DNA from: Dimorphilus gyrociliatus
Lineage: Eukaryota > Animalia > Annelida
Direction of reading: 5' to 3'
DNA: 64,000 nt
Assembly (NCBI GenBank): GCA_904063045.1
Contig: CAJFCJ010000006.1
Coordinates: 62,001-126,000, forward strand
Part shown: in pieces, positions 1-13,000 of the stretch
How positions within the stretch are numbered: the first letter of the stretch is position 1
How the letters are laid out: each line of letters starts with the position of its first letter
Translations under genes and position numbers: made by a program
Notes under the pieces: generated by a model
Told to the model about the DNA's origin: nothing
The model's input: only the letters and a program-made list of their open reading frames with translations
The model's database searches: none

Positions 1-16
1 GTAAATATATATTTAG

Positions 17-2136
17 CTAACCCATTGGCAACACCCACGCTTCCATGCTTACTTTCCAGCCGGAAATTCTTACCCATCCATCCTTGGTGATATGCTAAGT
101 GATGCCGTAGGATGCGTCGGTTTCTCCTGGGTAAGTGACGCCTCTTAATGTCATAGCCACAGATCGCGAAGCGAATGTGCATCGGACATTTCGATAGATT
201 GATGACTGGTCCTATTAATTATTTCTCTCTTTCTTGTACAGGCAGCTAGTCCAGCCTGTACAGAGCTGGAAATAATTGTTTTGGATTGGGTCGCAAAAAT
301 GATAGGCTTACCTAAATGCTTTACTCATGATAGCGGTACTGGAGGAGGTGTACTACAAGGTTCAGCTAGCGAGTGTGTACTTGTTAGTCTGTTAGCCGCT
401 AGATACGCAGCTATACATGATCTTAAGAAAAAGTTTTCATTCGTTGACGAGGGTCTTCTGCTCTCTAGAATGGTTGCGTATTGTTCCAAAATGGCTCATT
501 CCTGTGTTGAAAAGGCGGGTATTATAGCTATGGTCAAAATGAGGGAATTGGAAACCGATGGTAGTTATTCGCTAAGAGGCGATACTCTGGAGAAAGCGAT
601 CGAAGAAGATCGAAAGAATGGTCTTATACCATTTTACGTGTGCGCTACCCTAGGTACAACTTCTGTCTGCTCTTTTGATAATTTACCAGAATTGGGTAAA
701 GTTTGTGAGAAGGAAAATCTTTGGCTTCATGTGGATGCCGCCTATGCGGGTTCGGCGTTTATTTGTCCAGAGTTTCAATCTTTATTAAAAGGTGTAGAGG
801 TAGCGTATTCTTTTTATTTGAAATAGAATATACAATAAATTAATTGTTCATTTTAAAGACTAAGTTATTAACCAATTTTATGCATTATCCACAAATAGAA
901 TGCTAATTCATTCAATATGAATCCGAATAAATGGATGTTAGTGAACTTTGATTGCTCGACAATGTGGGCCAAAGATAAAATGGTTCTCACTCAGGCTCTA
1001 ACTGTAGATCCATTGTATCTCCAACACCATCATTCAGATAAAGCTGTTGATTTCAGAGTGAGCGTGTGTTATAATAATAAAAATAGGTAATTATCTATTA
1101 TGAATTGTAAACGACCAGAGTAATCTCTTTCAGCATTGGGGTATTCCATTAAGCAGACGATTCCGGTCGCTCAAGTTATGGTTTGTTATACGTTCTTACG
1201 GAATCGACGGTTTGCAAAAATATATCAGAGAAGTATGATAAAATTTATCTTTCTTAAGATATACATAAATAAATTATAATATCTTTGAATAAATTAGCTA
1301 AATTTTATTCTATATAAAAATATAGCACTGCAGATTGGCAAAGAAATTCGAGCTCCTAGTTAGAAAAGACGAACGCTTCGAAGTATTGGGAAACGTTAGA
1401 ATGGGCTTAGTATGTTTTAGGTTGAAAGTGAGTTGTAAAGAGGGAAAATTAAACATTTCTAAGAAAGTATATTGTATTTTTAGGGTTCCAATATTAGAAC
1501 CCAAACTCTTTTAAGGGCTATAAACATGTCCGGTAAACTGCATATGGTTCCAGCTCTGCTTAACGAACATTACGTAATTCGCTTTGCGATTTGCGCCCAA
1601 AACGCTTCGGAAGACGACATAATCTTTGCTTGGCAGGTAAACTGCGTCACGGATTTCATCCTTCTCTTTCATAATATAAAATAAATATAAATAGACGTTT
1701 TATATTGATAGGTTATTAGCGCTATGGCCTCTGAAGTACTTGCTGCAGTTGATTCGAATTTGGAGAAGGAAGGTTTTGAACTGGAAAGAAATAACGTAGA
1801 GGTGAAAAATGAAAAGAATATGGACGAGAGAAGACGAGAAAAAGACGTTGATAAATATGTAATACAAAATATATTCCAATTAATAGTAATATAATAATTA
1901 AGTTTTTTCGTCAGTCTTCATCATCACCAGAACTTAGCGAAGAAGAAATCGAAGAAGAGTTCTTATACGATGCCAATATACCATCCATTCCAACTAGATA
2001 CGAAGGTTCTGGGCATTCACCCAATCCTCTACGGCGTCGAAATATGTTAGTTAGAATGATTTCGGATCCAAAGAGCTATAATAGCAAGGTATTGAAATCT
2101 CTATCGCAAAACAATAAGCTTCAAGTACAGCCATGA
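17..2136 (+). CDS. tdc: Tyrosine decarboxylase (PLP-dependent aromatic amino acid decarboxylase), 5' partial, multi-exon
   Basis: Exon 17-130 encodes [26 protein letters not shown] (Tdc-type; HDC has HWQSPHMHAY). Later exons give [15 protein letters not shown] (PLP lysine), [23 protein letters not shown] and a C-terminal [10 protein letters not shown]. Short GT-AG introns; stop TGA at 2134-2136. Confidence 0.9.
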
Positions 2137-3068
2137 AAATAATTTTATTTGTTTAAACAAATTACATCTATAAGCATAGATTGTCATAGTTTTAGAAGAA
2201 AGTTTATGAAGTTATATTTACAATTCATTAGGTAACAAGAAGAACATTAAAAAAGGTACGATATCACACAATTGATTAATGTTTATTGTAACATTGTTTT
2301 TTCTGATAATCGAAAACAAACAAACAAACAAACAAACTAATATGATACCTTTTTTTCTTTCTTTTTCGTTTATTTTTCGATGTTGTCCACTATTTAAATT
2401 GACATTTAAAAACGATCATTGATTAATTAGTGTTAATTTTTAAAGATTTAATTATAACGGTAGTCATCAGTTTTAAATATGTATAAGAAATATACAAGAA
2501 AAACGAAAGAACGACTTGAAACGTTTTAGCTACAATACTTTATACTGAATTTGTAGAATACCTTCTCCTAGCAGCAAAATGCGGTTAATGGCTTCGCGAA
2601 TTTCCCCGTTTGAATTCTATTTCGTTGAATTTTGCAAGCAGGTCTACAAAAGTTCGAATAATGTTGAATCTTATCAAATTTGTTCAATTTAACAATAGGA
2701 ATTTTTAAATGACAAAAATAACATTCGATTTCATTTGTACTATATATGTAAAGTCCATCTTATAAATAACTAATTCTCTTCTGTCCTGACAAGGTCATAT
2801 CTCTACAGATAAATATCTTTATCAACCAAGGTCTTTTATTTTTAATATATCTTTGAAATATTATTACGTAGTATATACATATCATTGATAGCGAAAATCA
2901 GTTAAAGTTTGAATGGATTCATCGGAGATATTGCTTGTTTCGAAAATCGTTTATTCTTTTTACAATTTTTAGTGATCGATAATAAATTTAATTGATATTT
3001 ACAGCTTCATTGTCTTTACATGAAAATTAGATAGAAAGCATGGTTAGCAATGAAAGAATGCCGGCGAA

Positions 3069-4736
3069 TCAAGTAGGCCGTATCAAGATATGCGTATATT
3101 TTTCAAAATTGTCCAATAATCCGCAAGGAGCGTAGAAATAAGAATTTTTAGATACAACTGTCATCTCGGACTTATCATCAAACCATAGTCCTTTGCTTAC
3201 TATACGTTTAATATAGGTTAAATTTCTCTTTTCCGGATAATCTCCCCATCTTGGAAAGTCACCGTTTTGAGCAGAAACCAATTTAACTCTTTTTCGCTCT
3301 AACGAAACGCACCACGAGCAATGCCAACCGCTTGGATGACTTTTATTACCAAAACTCCAAACTCCTATAAGGCTTTTTGACCCTTCATTTTTTTTCATGA
3401 CTAGGTAAGCGTTTAACTTTGACGATTCCTTTTGCATATAATGGGGAGCTGATCGAATCCAGATACCATTTAGAGAGAAAACATGAGTCAAAAAACCGAT
3501 GGTTGTCGCAGTGATTACGTGTGTAATTCCTCTACCAGCTTTATAAAAGAAACCGTAAGTTCTCCAACTCAAATTAATGCCAATTGGTTCGGGATAATCT
3601 TTATTAACCTTGAGAAAAAGTGCGGTGCTTCTCGTGGGAAGCTCATCGGCGTCATTCAACATGAAAATGTCATCATGGTCAAGATTTCTTAGCTGGTTTT
3701 GTATACCTTGTTTAGCTAAGTGATTCCTGAGGAGGTTATCAACAGCCCAGCCATTTTTATATCCCTCTTGAGGAAAATAATCGAGTAAAACGTGAACAAT
3801 TTTCTCCCTATTGATAAATAATATAAAAGTGTACAAGTATATTTGTATCATCTAATTCGCTAAACATTTTTCGCTAATCCAAAAATCATACACTTACCTA
3901 TATTTCTTATACTTTCCTCTTTTTAACTGATTATATAAATATAGAGGTTTCTTTTCACCATAAGCAGTATAAGTACTCTCTAGGATAAGAAACACATCAA
4001 CAATATCACCCAATTCAGAAAATCTGGCGTCCAGTAATTCAAATTCAACACTGAAGGGAAAGGCGTTGACAATTTTTCTATTTTTCTCTGCAGCTGTAAT
4101 ATATTTCCTTCTTTGACTGTAAAATGATAAGGGAAAAGAAATTTATTATTTTGCATAAAATAGATATTTGAAAGTTGACCGTATATTAGAATACCAAACA
4201 GTATCCGGTATTGAACATGAAATACCATGCCAATACTTTAAGCAGACGCATATCTTTTCAATTTTACTCTTATTAATATCGCTGCCTTCTATTAAACACT
4301 TGGTCGAGTTCGTGACTCTGATAAAAAAATTTCTCTTATCATCCTTCACAAAAGTTTTTTCTACTGTGTAATTTTTAAGTATGTCAACTAGAGGTTTATA
4401 AAGGTATGATATTCCAGTGTCTTCATTATCAATATCGGCATAACTTCCATCTGAGTCTTGACAATATTTTAAATTAGACGATGCCGGATCATATCTAAGA
4501 GTGTTTGTAATTATTTCCATATTATTTAACGAATTTTTATCAGTATTTATATTATTGCCAAAAATTCTGGATATAATCGAATGATGTTCATTAGCATCAT
4601 CACTCTTTTCTCCATATTCATATAAAAATGAATGTTGAAAGGCAACCCAACAATGTAGAACAAACGCAATCAATAAGCACACATAATAAAACCTCAAAAA
4701 ATTAGACCTAGCCATAGCACAAAGATATTTTTCCAC
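3069..4736 (-). CDS. MGAT3: MGAT3-like GT17 N-acetylglucosaminyltransferase, 3 exons (4736-4180, 4116-3898, 3807-3069; about 504 aa)
   Basis: N-terminal TM anchor. The middle exon, absent from the ORF track, reads RKIVNAFPFSVEFELLDARFSELGDIVDVFLILES. Also DDIFMLNDADELP and GWHCSWC, DFPRWG. Splice phases close (2,2). Confidence 0.88.
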
Positions 4737-6365
4737 TTTTCTCTCTTTTCCCTCCCCCTCCCACTTTTATTTCTTCATTACTATGTTAAATATATCATAT
4801 TAGCTGTATGAAAAGAATAAGAAAATATAGTTATGCAAAGTTGTAATTGTATTATTTTATTCGCTATTTAATATACAGTATAATATTCAATATTCATTCA
4901 TTTATAATGAAGATGGATATTAATTTTTTTTGCAAAAGTTCGAATTCAATTCCATAGAAATTGTTTTTAAATTTGTAGCAAAAGAATTATTGCGGATATA
5001 ATAAGTGATGCCATAGTTTTCATACCTTTTCAAATTTATGTCAATTCAATCGTATTTATAAGCAGCACCAGATGTGGATAGCGTTTACAATTTTTATAGA
5101 GTAGAGGAGCACGCAGCTGCCTATATATGGAAAAAATAGATAACATACTGCTCCTTCGCATCATTACGTTCTATGACTATACACAGTAATTGTGAATAAG
5201 ATTAATTCTCTATAGCTTTAGAGTCTCTTGCTTATCAGTCATATTTTATTAAATGTAGGTAGAGTCAAGTAAAAACGGCAAGAGTAATAATTTTCAATAC
5301 TCCTTGAAAGCGTATTGAAACAGAAACGCAGTTCTTTTGATACTATTAGGCTTCAACATATCATACTGTATACTTTTTGAAATTGAACGCTGAACAGTTT
5401 ATTCAATCAGTGTTTTTGACATAGAGATTATTTCTAAAATTCTATTCTATTAGCGAATTTATTATCTCAACTTAAATACTTACTTAATCAATTAACTTAG
5501 TATTAATCTTCGAAAACATCGTTAATCTCAATTGGGTGACAAATTTACTTTAACACTAGCTCAGTCTGCCTCGAATGAGTAATCGATTCATATTGTAAAA
5601 CATTGAGCATCAATGGAAATATTGAGCATACAGAAAAATGATCGTGCCTAATTCAAAATTTCAATAATCTGAATACAATTTAATCCTCATAGAAAAAGTA
5701 ACTATTTCCTTTTTTTGTAGTTATGGATTGCTAATTATCTACTATACCTTTACCAGTTTACGGTAGTAAATTCTAATATAGATTACTGTAAGAAATTCAT
5801 ACTTAATAAATATCAAGGCCTATCTATTTTAACCAAGCTGACTATCTTCGCAGAGTGTTTTTTGCCTTAGATAGCATATAAACAGGTAGAGAGTTCGCCA
5901 TAAATATATAGATTAATTCTTATTTAATTACAATTTAAAAAGGTATTTATTACATATTGGTAAAAATTTCTTTGTTTATTGCAACAAAGAAATATAGATT
6001 TTTGATTCTAATCCTAAAAAATAGAATTGAAAACTTCTGCTAAATTGTATTATAACAGGTAATATTTACACCTAGAGTTGATTTGAATATTTAGGTATGC
6101 TAAATGTATGAAATGGCTGACTTAATAAAAAATAACTTACTTTTTTAATACAGATTGGTACATTAAGAAAGCAAAACAAATACCCGTTAATCTTCTCTTG
6201 CAGTGCTATTCAAGTTATTGATCAGAAATAGGAATATTTTACTTTGTAGCTAAGCAACATTTACAGGTATTAAGCTTTGTTTATAGGGAGTAATTTATTA
6301 TTATTACTATACATTTCAGCAGATGGCATGATTGTTGCATAAAATTTTTAAAATACAGAATAGCA

Positions 6366-7808
6366 ATGAAATTTAAAAACCTATTAGGTATTGCTATATT
6401 TTTCACTGTTTGCCTTCTTTTTCTACAATTCCTAAGGTTAAAATCACATACAAAGCTCTATCTATCATCTGGTGAAATTAATGAACTTGTTAAAGATGAG
6501 CCAATTCGGTTTACACCATATAATGTCAGAAGAAATAGAGTAATTAATTATACCAAAATAGATATAAAAACAAAATATTTAGAGAGTAAGAACTTGAAGG
6601 AATTCAAGCCATTTGAAACGAATGTTGACGAAATTCATTTTAAAAGTAAACTCCCTCCCATTCCTGATGGTCTCAAAACCTCTATGTTGAAGGAGGATGA
6701 CACAATATACTTTCGAAATATTAACAATACAGACTGTTATCTAAGAGGTCTCAATTTAGAAGAGAGTCTTAAACTTCAAACTTGCGTTTGCATTGATAAT
6801 TATTACGGAAAACATTGCAGTATTCCAGAAGCGATATGGTTTAGTGATCTACCAAAAAAGTACATATCCAAAATAACTACAAGAAAATCTAAACCTAGAC
6901 GGATTATTGTTGCTTTTCCATTCAATATGGAGCTTGAACTATTGAATGCTCGAATTTCGTTAACTTATGACTTTGTAGATGCCTTCGTTATTCTCGAGTC
7001 AAATTATACAGGATTCGGTGATCGTAAGCCACTATTCTTGTATGATGCTTTACGTCAAGGATACTATCAGGAATTTGAAAAGAAGTTGGTTTATGTTCAT
7101 TTAAATTTTTATCCAAAAGAGGCAAGCGGCAAAGCTGGAGGCGATGGTTGGATTGCCGACGCTCTGTTCCGCAACTATATGGGACAGCATGGCATGACAA
7201 AACAACTGAAAGGATATCGTCACGACGATATTCTATTGATGCATGATGCTGATGAACTTATCATGCCTGAAGTTACCCAATTCTTAAAATTACACGATAA
7301 TTATCCAGAACCATTTGGAGTGAACCTTAAGTGGAATATCTATGGATTTTTTTGGCAGGGAAACAAACCTATTTGGCATATTATGTGTGGTTGTACAATG
7401 GGATTTTTAGCGCATGTTCTTAATTATAAAGCCTACGAAGTTCGAACAGCAGATAGAGCTATGGTAAGGCATTCCTCAAAGTTAAATTCGTATTTGAAAA
7501 CTGGTGTTAACATTCGAACTTGGGATATCGGAAGTGAACAGTATCCAGCAGGATGGCACTGTTCGTGGTGTGGGTCTCCTGAAACAGTAAGACATAAACT
7601 AGAATCAGCAATAAATGCAGATTTTCCCCGCTGGGGTAACTATCCAGAGAAAAGAAAACTTCCATTCATCAAATCATTAATAAATAATGGCATTTGGTTC
7701 GATGAGCAGAGCAGATTTACAAAATGTAATAACAATTCTAAATTCTATGCACCACCATATCTTTTGAGATATCGCGAAACCTATAAATACCTTTTGGAAA
7801 ATGTATAG
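6366..7808 (+). CDS. MGAT3: MGAT3-like GT17 glycosyltransferase, single coding exon (480 aa)
   Basis: Type II TM anchor; RRIIVAFPFNMELELL, DDILLMHDADELI, GWHCSWC and DFPRWG motifs; clearly paralogous to the gene at 3069-4736. Confidence 0.9.
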   Translation: MKFKNLLGIAIFFTVCLLFLQFLRLKSHTKLYLSSGEINELVKDEPIRFTPYNVRRNRVINYTKIDIKTKYLESKNLKEFKPFETNVDEIHFKSKLPPIPDGLKTSMLKEDDTIYFRNINNTDCYLRGLNLEESLKLQTCVCIDNYYGKHCSIPEAIWFSDLPKKYISKITTRKSKPRRIIVAFPFNMELELLNARISLTYDFVDAFVILESNYTGFGDRKPLFLYDALRQGYYQEFEKKLVYVHLNFYPKEASGKAGGDGWIADALFRNYMGQHGMTKQLKGYRHDDILLMHDADELIMPEVTQFLKLHDNYPEPFGVNLKWNIYGFFWQGNKPIWHIMCGCTMGFLAHVLNYKAYEVRTADRAMVRHSSKLNSYLKTGVNIRTWDIGSEQYPAGWHCSWCGSPETVRHKLESAINADFPRWGNYPEKRKLPFIKSLINNGIWFDEQSRFTKCNNNSKFYAPPYLLRYRETYKYLLENV

Positions 7809-8179
7809 TAAAGCTCCTCAATTTCAAGTTGACAATTGTCTTTTAATAACTATATACTTAAGTATAAATGAGTTAAGATAACAATTTATACTAATCTATG
7901 GTCCAATTCAAAATAGGCTACATAATCCGTGAATAACATATTTTATTGATGGGGTCCTTAATTATTAAGTTTAATTTTCTTCTATTCTTCAAAAAGATCT
8001 ATTTTGAATATTATATTAAAAACGGTAACAATGGAATAGATAGAACAAATAAAATAATTTAACCTTTTACTTTTTACTTTAATAGTTTAATGTAATATTT
8101 AAATTGTCACTAAGATTAGCTTTTAAATCTTATTTTCGTCTGGGATGTGAAGAATTGACTCTTGAATGATAAATAAAGT

Positions 8180-9180
8180 TTATTGATTTTTTAATACTTC
8201 TTCAAACTGGACACTATAGTTGTATATCTTTTCACAATTCCCTTTACAAAGGCTCAAAACTCTAATAAAATTTTCATCTGATAATAAAGCAACTCTAGTT
8301 TTACCTATAGTAGCTGCTCTTGGTCTCTCAGTTAAAATAGCTAGTTCTAAAGTTTTCAGATAAGATTAAAGAAAGATGTTCCATTTACAGTTCCCATTTA
8401 TAGTAGTATTTCGATTTATCCACAATGTATCCTCCCAGTTCAACTCTACTTATTTCTTTTTTTTCCTCCTTTTGCTAAAGTTAATTTATTACTGATGACA
8501 TATTTCTGTTGTTTAAACCTGGAGATGGCGCAATTAAAGTAATATTTATCGGACTAACTACACAGCGAACGGAACCAGATTCAAAAAAGTATATTTCATT
8601 AGCTTTATCGCCTGGGTAGATGATTATATTATCTTCTTTGAATTCTATAGTTCAAAAGGCGTAAGATATATTAGTTCTTTCATAGGGAGTTAATTATATA
8701 AGAATTGGAACGTTCTTTCAGAAACTTACCAAACTACTTTAGTCTATTTTCTAGATCTAATAACAATTTTTCTAAATGTCAGATTATCCATTGTTCATAA
8801 ATTACCAGATCTATTAGAAAGAATATTCATAGCTCCGTAGACATTATCAATTACAGCCACTTTACCGAATAAAAACGCCATTTCCATAAACCTTTATAAG
8901 TTTAAGACAAAAATGATTGGGGAGCTTATCACAGTCAATGCTCTTCTTTGTCTGATAAACTTCAAACTCTCTATTCTTAAAAACAAACATATACTCCCCC
9001 ACATCACCTTCAAGGACAAATATTTCGTCAGCCCTATTCGCTTTTATTTCAAACTTTTCATGTACAAGTTTATCAATCTGTTTGCCATCCAAACGTTTCA
9101 AATAAAGACATTCAATTAAAAAATGTTTTATTCTCTTTGCTTTAAGGATTTATGATAGAAAGGTGCAGTTTCACTTTTCT
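8180..9180 (-). pseudogene. Decayed cAMP-dependent protein kinase regulatory subunit (two cNMP-binding domains)
   Basis: Fragments in changing frames: LKRLDGKQIDKLV..EIFVLEGDVGEYMFV; FMEMAFLFG; NVPILI*LTPYERTNISYAF*TIEFK; IIIYPGDKANEIYFFESGSV; EISRVELGGY; ELAILTERPRAAT..FIRVLSLC. Contains in-frame stops and frameshifts. Confidence 0.7.
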
Positions 9181-10092
9181 TTTTATCGGATCATAAGGTC
9201 AATAAATTTTCTTTCGTCATACTTTATATCATTAGATACTATTCTATATGAAGAGCTTTTGTACATAGAATAAAATGTAAATCAGTTAATATGAACAACA
9301 TAAAACTAATATTTACTCTCACAAAGATGAATCATATGAAAAAATTTTCTTAGCATTTATCAACATCATCTAAATTTAAATTTGGAACAAAGAACAGTGT
9401 TCTGACAATAAATAATGATTATATTTTTTAATTGAAAACATTTTTGCTGACAGTAATCTTATTAAGAAAACATTTTTTTATTTGATGTATTATGTATTAA
9501 TAGAGCTTTATTTAAGTGTTATATTATTTCTATTTCAACAAAAGGATCAATAAACTTTTCTCAACGATTTAGAACAGCACGAAAAACAGAGGAGATCTTT
9601 CCAATAGTCTGCTCACAAATTAATTAATAAATTGATTTATTATATCTTCAGAAATTGTAATTCTTTTGAATTATATAATTATATTCAATATTTTATAATG
9701 CTCTATAAAATGTAAAATGTACTTAAAAACGAAATATGTAACAAGCTTGTTAGAAGCTTGTCTATATTCTTGAAACGCTTTAGTGAATATAATCATTTCA
9801 TTAAATTATCATTCTGATTTTTTTAGCTATTAATAATATATTAACAAATAAAAGTTTTTTTAGGCTATGTTTTGGACTCAATTGTTTGTTGCTACGTTAA
9901 ATACTGAACGCCCCTGATAAATGTCATTCATTCAAATAACATAGCTCATTAAGTTTTATTTATAACCATCAGTTAAACAATTGAGGACGATCTAAAAATT
10001 GTATTGAACGATAGGAATTCTTAAATATATGTATACGTATTGACCGTACTTGCCATTTTATGCGGAGTAATTGACAAGAACTTTTTAGTATC

Positions 10093-13000
10093 ATGCATTA
10101 CACGGATAAAGTCGGTCTAATTTTCATTTTTAATTTCTTCCCGTTCAGTTTGTATTCTTTTTTAAATATTAACCTAAATATAATCGATATAAAACTTTAT
10201 AAAATTGGAAAATCTTTCAGTTTATTGCGACGGTTCATTCGACTGTCGTACAATAGACGGAAAGACATATTGTGTTTATGACGAGTATGAAAAATCTAAA
10301 GATGCTCAGTGTGAAAAAAGCGAAAAGACCTTACCAATCTTTAAAAATTATGATGAATATAAAAGAGTATTTGATGAACTATTAGTACCTAACGTAGCTT
10401 CGAACAAGTTTGTATATCGGCTTAAAAAATGATCTTTCACGTACAGTATATTCAAAATTTTCAGGTATTTTACATTTCCCATTACATATTCCGGTGGAAA
10501 ATGGATTTGGATGGATTGCACTGAATTAGATTCATCTTTCACAAATACTTTTACCAACAGTTTACCTTCATCTCCTGGCGATAAATGTGCTAGGATAAAA
10601 ATGTCAGACCCTGATCATTGGTATACGGCAGACTGTAATAATGCTGAATCATATCCTCTCTGCGTAAACGTTGATGAAGGAGCGTGCACTTACCGATATT
10701 ATGCTGCAGGAAAAGAACTTTGTCTTATTAATAAAAAGTTCACAGATTATGCAACAACAAATTCCAGATGTAATAACTTGCAATATTCACTTTTGGAAGA
10801 AGATTCATCCTTCAGAGCTCACATTCTAAATCTGTGTATTATGAAAGGAAAAACTGATGAAGATGTGTAAAGTATTATAATATGAGAAATTTCTTGATAC
10901 ATTCCAGATCTTTCATTTTTAGATGGGAGAAAAATATAGCCAAAGATAAATTCTATGTAAATATTAAGAGATACTCTGGTGTTTATAAATATGTCACAAG
11001 TCAAATGTAAGTTTATTTGTAACATAATGAATTCGATTAATTTTCATACTGTATTTAGATCTATAGGATCTGGGTCTGGGTGGGACCCAGATGGAAATAA
11101 GGAGTGTGTGCTTCACAAATTAGAAGACAAAGTTGAAGACAAGGACTGTACAGAAGATTCTGTTGCCTTTTGTGCGAGAGACTACAGTAAAGTTTTTGTA
11201 TTAAAAAAGTAAATTAGTGTAATATTTGCTTATTTTAAAGCCCCAACAACTGAACCAACAACTGCACCAACGACTATCGAAACAACTCAAACAACAACCA
11301 TACCGACGACTACACCGACGACCATGCCAACGACTAGACCGACAACCTCACCAACGACTATCGAAACAACTGAAACAACGACCATGCCAACGACTAGACC
11401 GACAACCTCACCAACGACTATCGAAACAACTCAAACAACGATCATACCGACGACTACACCGACAACCTCACCAACGATCATCGAAACAACTCAAACAACA
11501 ACTATACCAACCACCTCTTCAACTGCAGAGCAAACAAGTCAGCCAGTAACCGCACCGTCATCTACACCAATATCAACCAAATCAGCAACAATTAGAAGTA
11601 AAAACAACAATATTTTTTAACTTTTGAAATTTTTATACGCTCTTCTTTCTATTAGCAACAACATCGACAACGGCTCAGAAGTTTACTACAACATCAGGTA
11701 CAAAATCATATGCGTGTTGTTATGAGACTTTTTTGACAAAAGAAAATCTTTTCTATTAACAGCCTCGCCAACTATTACTGAGGAAGTAACACGTGAACAA
11801 ACAACAAGTAAACACATATTTAAAAGTTGTTTTAATTTCTGAAATGTTTCCTCCACTTTAAAAGCAACGTCGAAAACAATTAACATATCGACATCAAAAG
11901 CTGCAACTACTAAAACGACAGAGAACTTCTCAACCAAGTCAACTGAAGAACCAACAACCGTGGCCGATGGTAATATTTTTATCATTCATTTTTAAAAATG
12001 CTTAAATTAGCAATTTTCCTTCTTTTTTTAATAATTCTATTCAAAGACCTGACATTTACACTTTATAATCCTTCATTAAAGGAAACAACTAAGAAGACAA
12101 TTGAATTTATTAAATTGTCAATTATGCAACCTGGAAATAGTTTCATTGCGAATAATCGTATTTTTTAAATGATCCATATTTTTTTCGGTAAATCTGTAAA
12201 TATAGGAATACGTTTACACTTTAGATACTACCCAATCGAAATCCGATACAACGATTACTGACGATTTGAAATTAGAAACTACAACAGTGCAATTTAATTC
12301 TTCTAAATCTACAAATGTTACATCGATTTTGTCGAGTACTTCTACGAAACAAGAATCATCGATCCTTAATATCCGAACAACAATAACTCCAGAAGAGATT
12401 ACTGAAACCGTTGTAAAACCTTCAGATAAGATAGAATGTCCTTCTTTAGAAATAGAAGGCAAACACGTTGCGATTGAAAATAATGATAGGTCATATGGAA
12501 CAGTAGTGACATATCAATGCCTTCCCGGTTATAGTTTCAAAGATAAAACAACCTTCAGAAGTACTGAATGTATCGGCAAAGGTACTTGGAGTACGAAGGT
12601 GGAGATTTGTCAAGGTAAACAAACTCGTTGTATCATGTCTTTTCACGGCTGTTGTGAATTAATCGAACATGTAATTCAGCAATATTTATATAATATTCCT
12701 ACGCAGCTGTTCAATGTACTAGTAATAATAACTTTCGATCTCATATTGGTTCCTATGATAAGATCGAAACAATTCATTGTGATGGAGACAAAAAAATGCA
12801 CTCTGGAAGATCCAAAGCAGAAGCTAGGTGCACACCGAATGGTAAATGGAATACACATCTGGAATGCGTAGGTTGGTATCTTTAATATTTAAATAGTAAA
12901 AAATTTGTGTTCAAGTCCATGAATGTATACGTTAGATAATCCTTGCGGACCTATTCCTTTTACTCCAAAATTATTAGTTCGTATAAAAAAAATGTCTGGC

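Noticed and set aside
10408-10466. In-frame TGA (10430-10432) between two same-frame ORFs, suggesting readthrough or Sec
   Set aside because: It lies inside a 57-nt GTTTGT..TTTCAG intron whose removal restores the lectin domain.
11226-11549. Gln/Arg-rich 107-aa ORF
   Set aside because: Alternative frame of the Thr-rich coding repeat.
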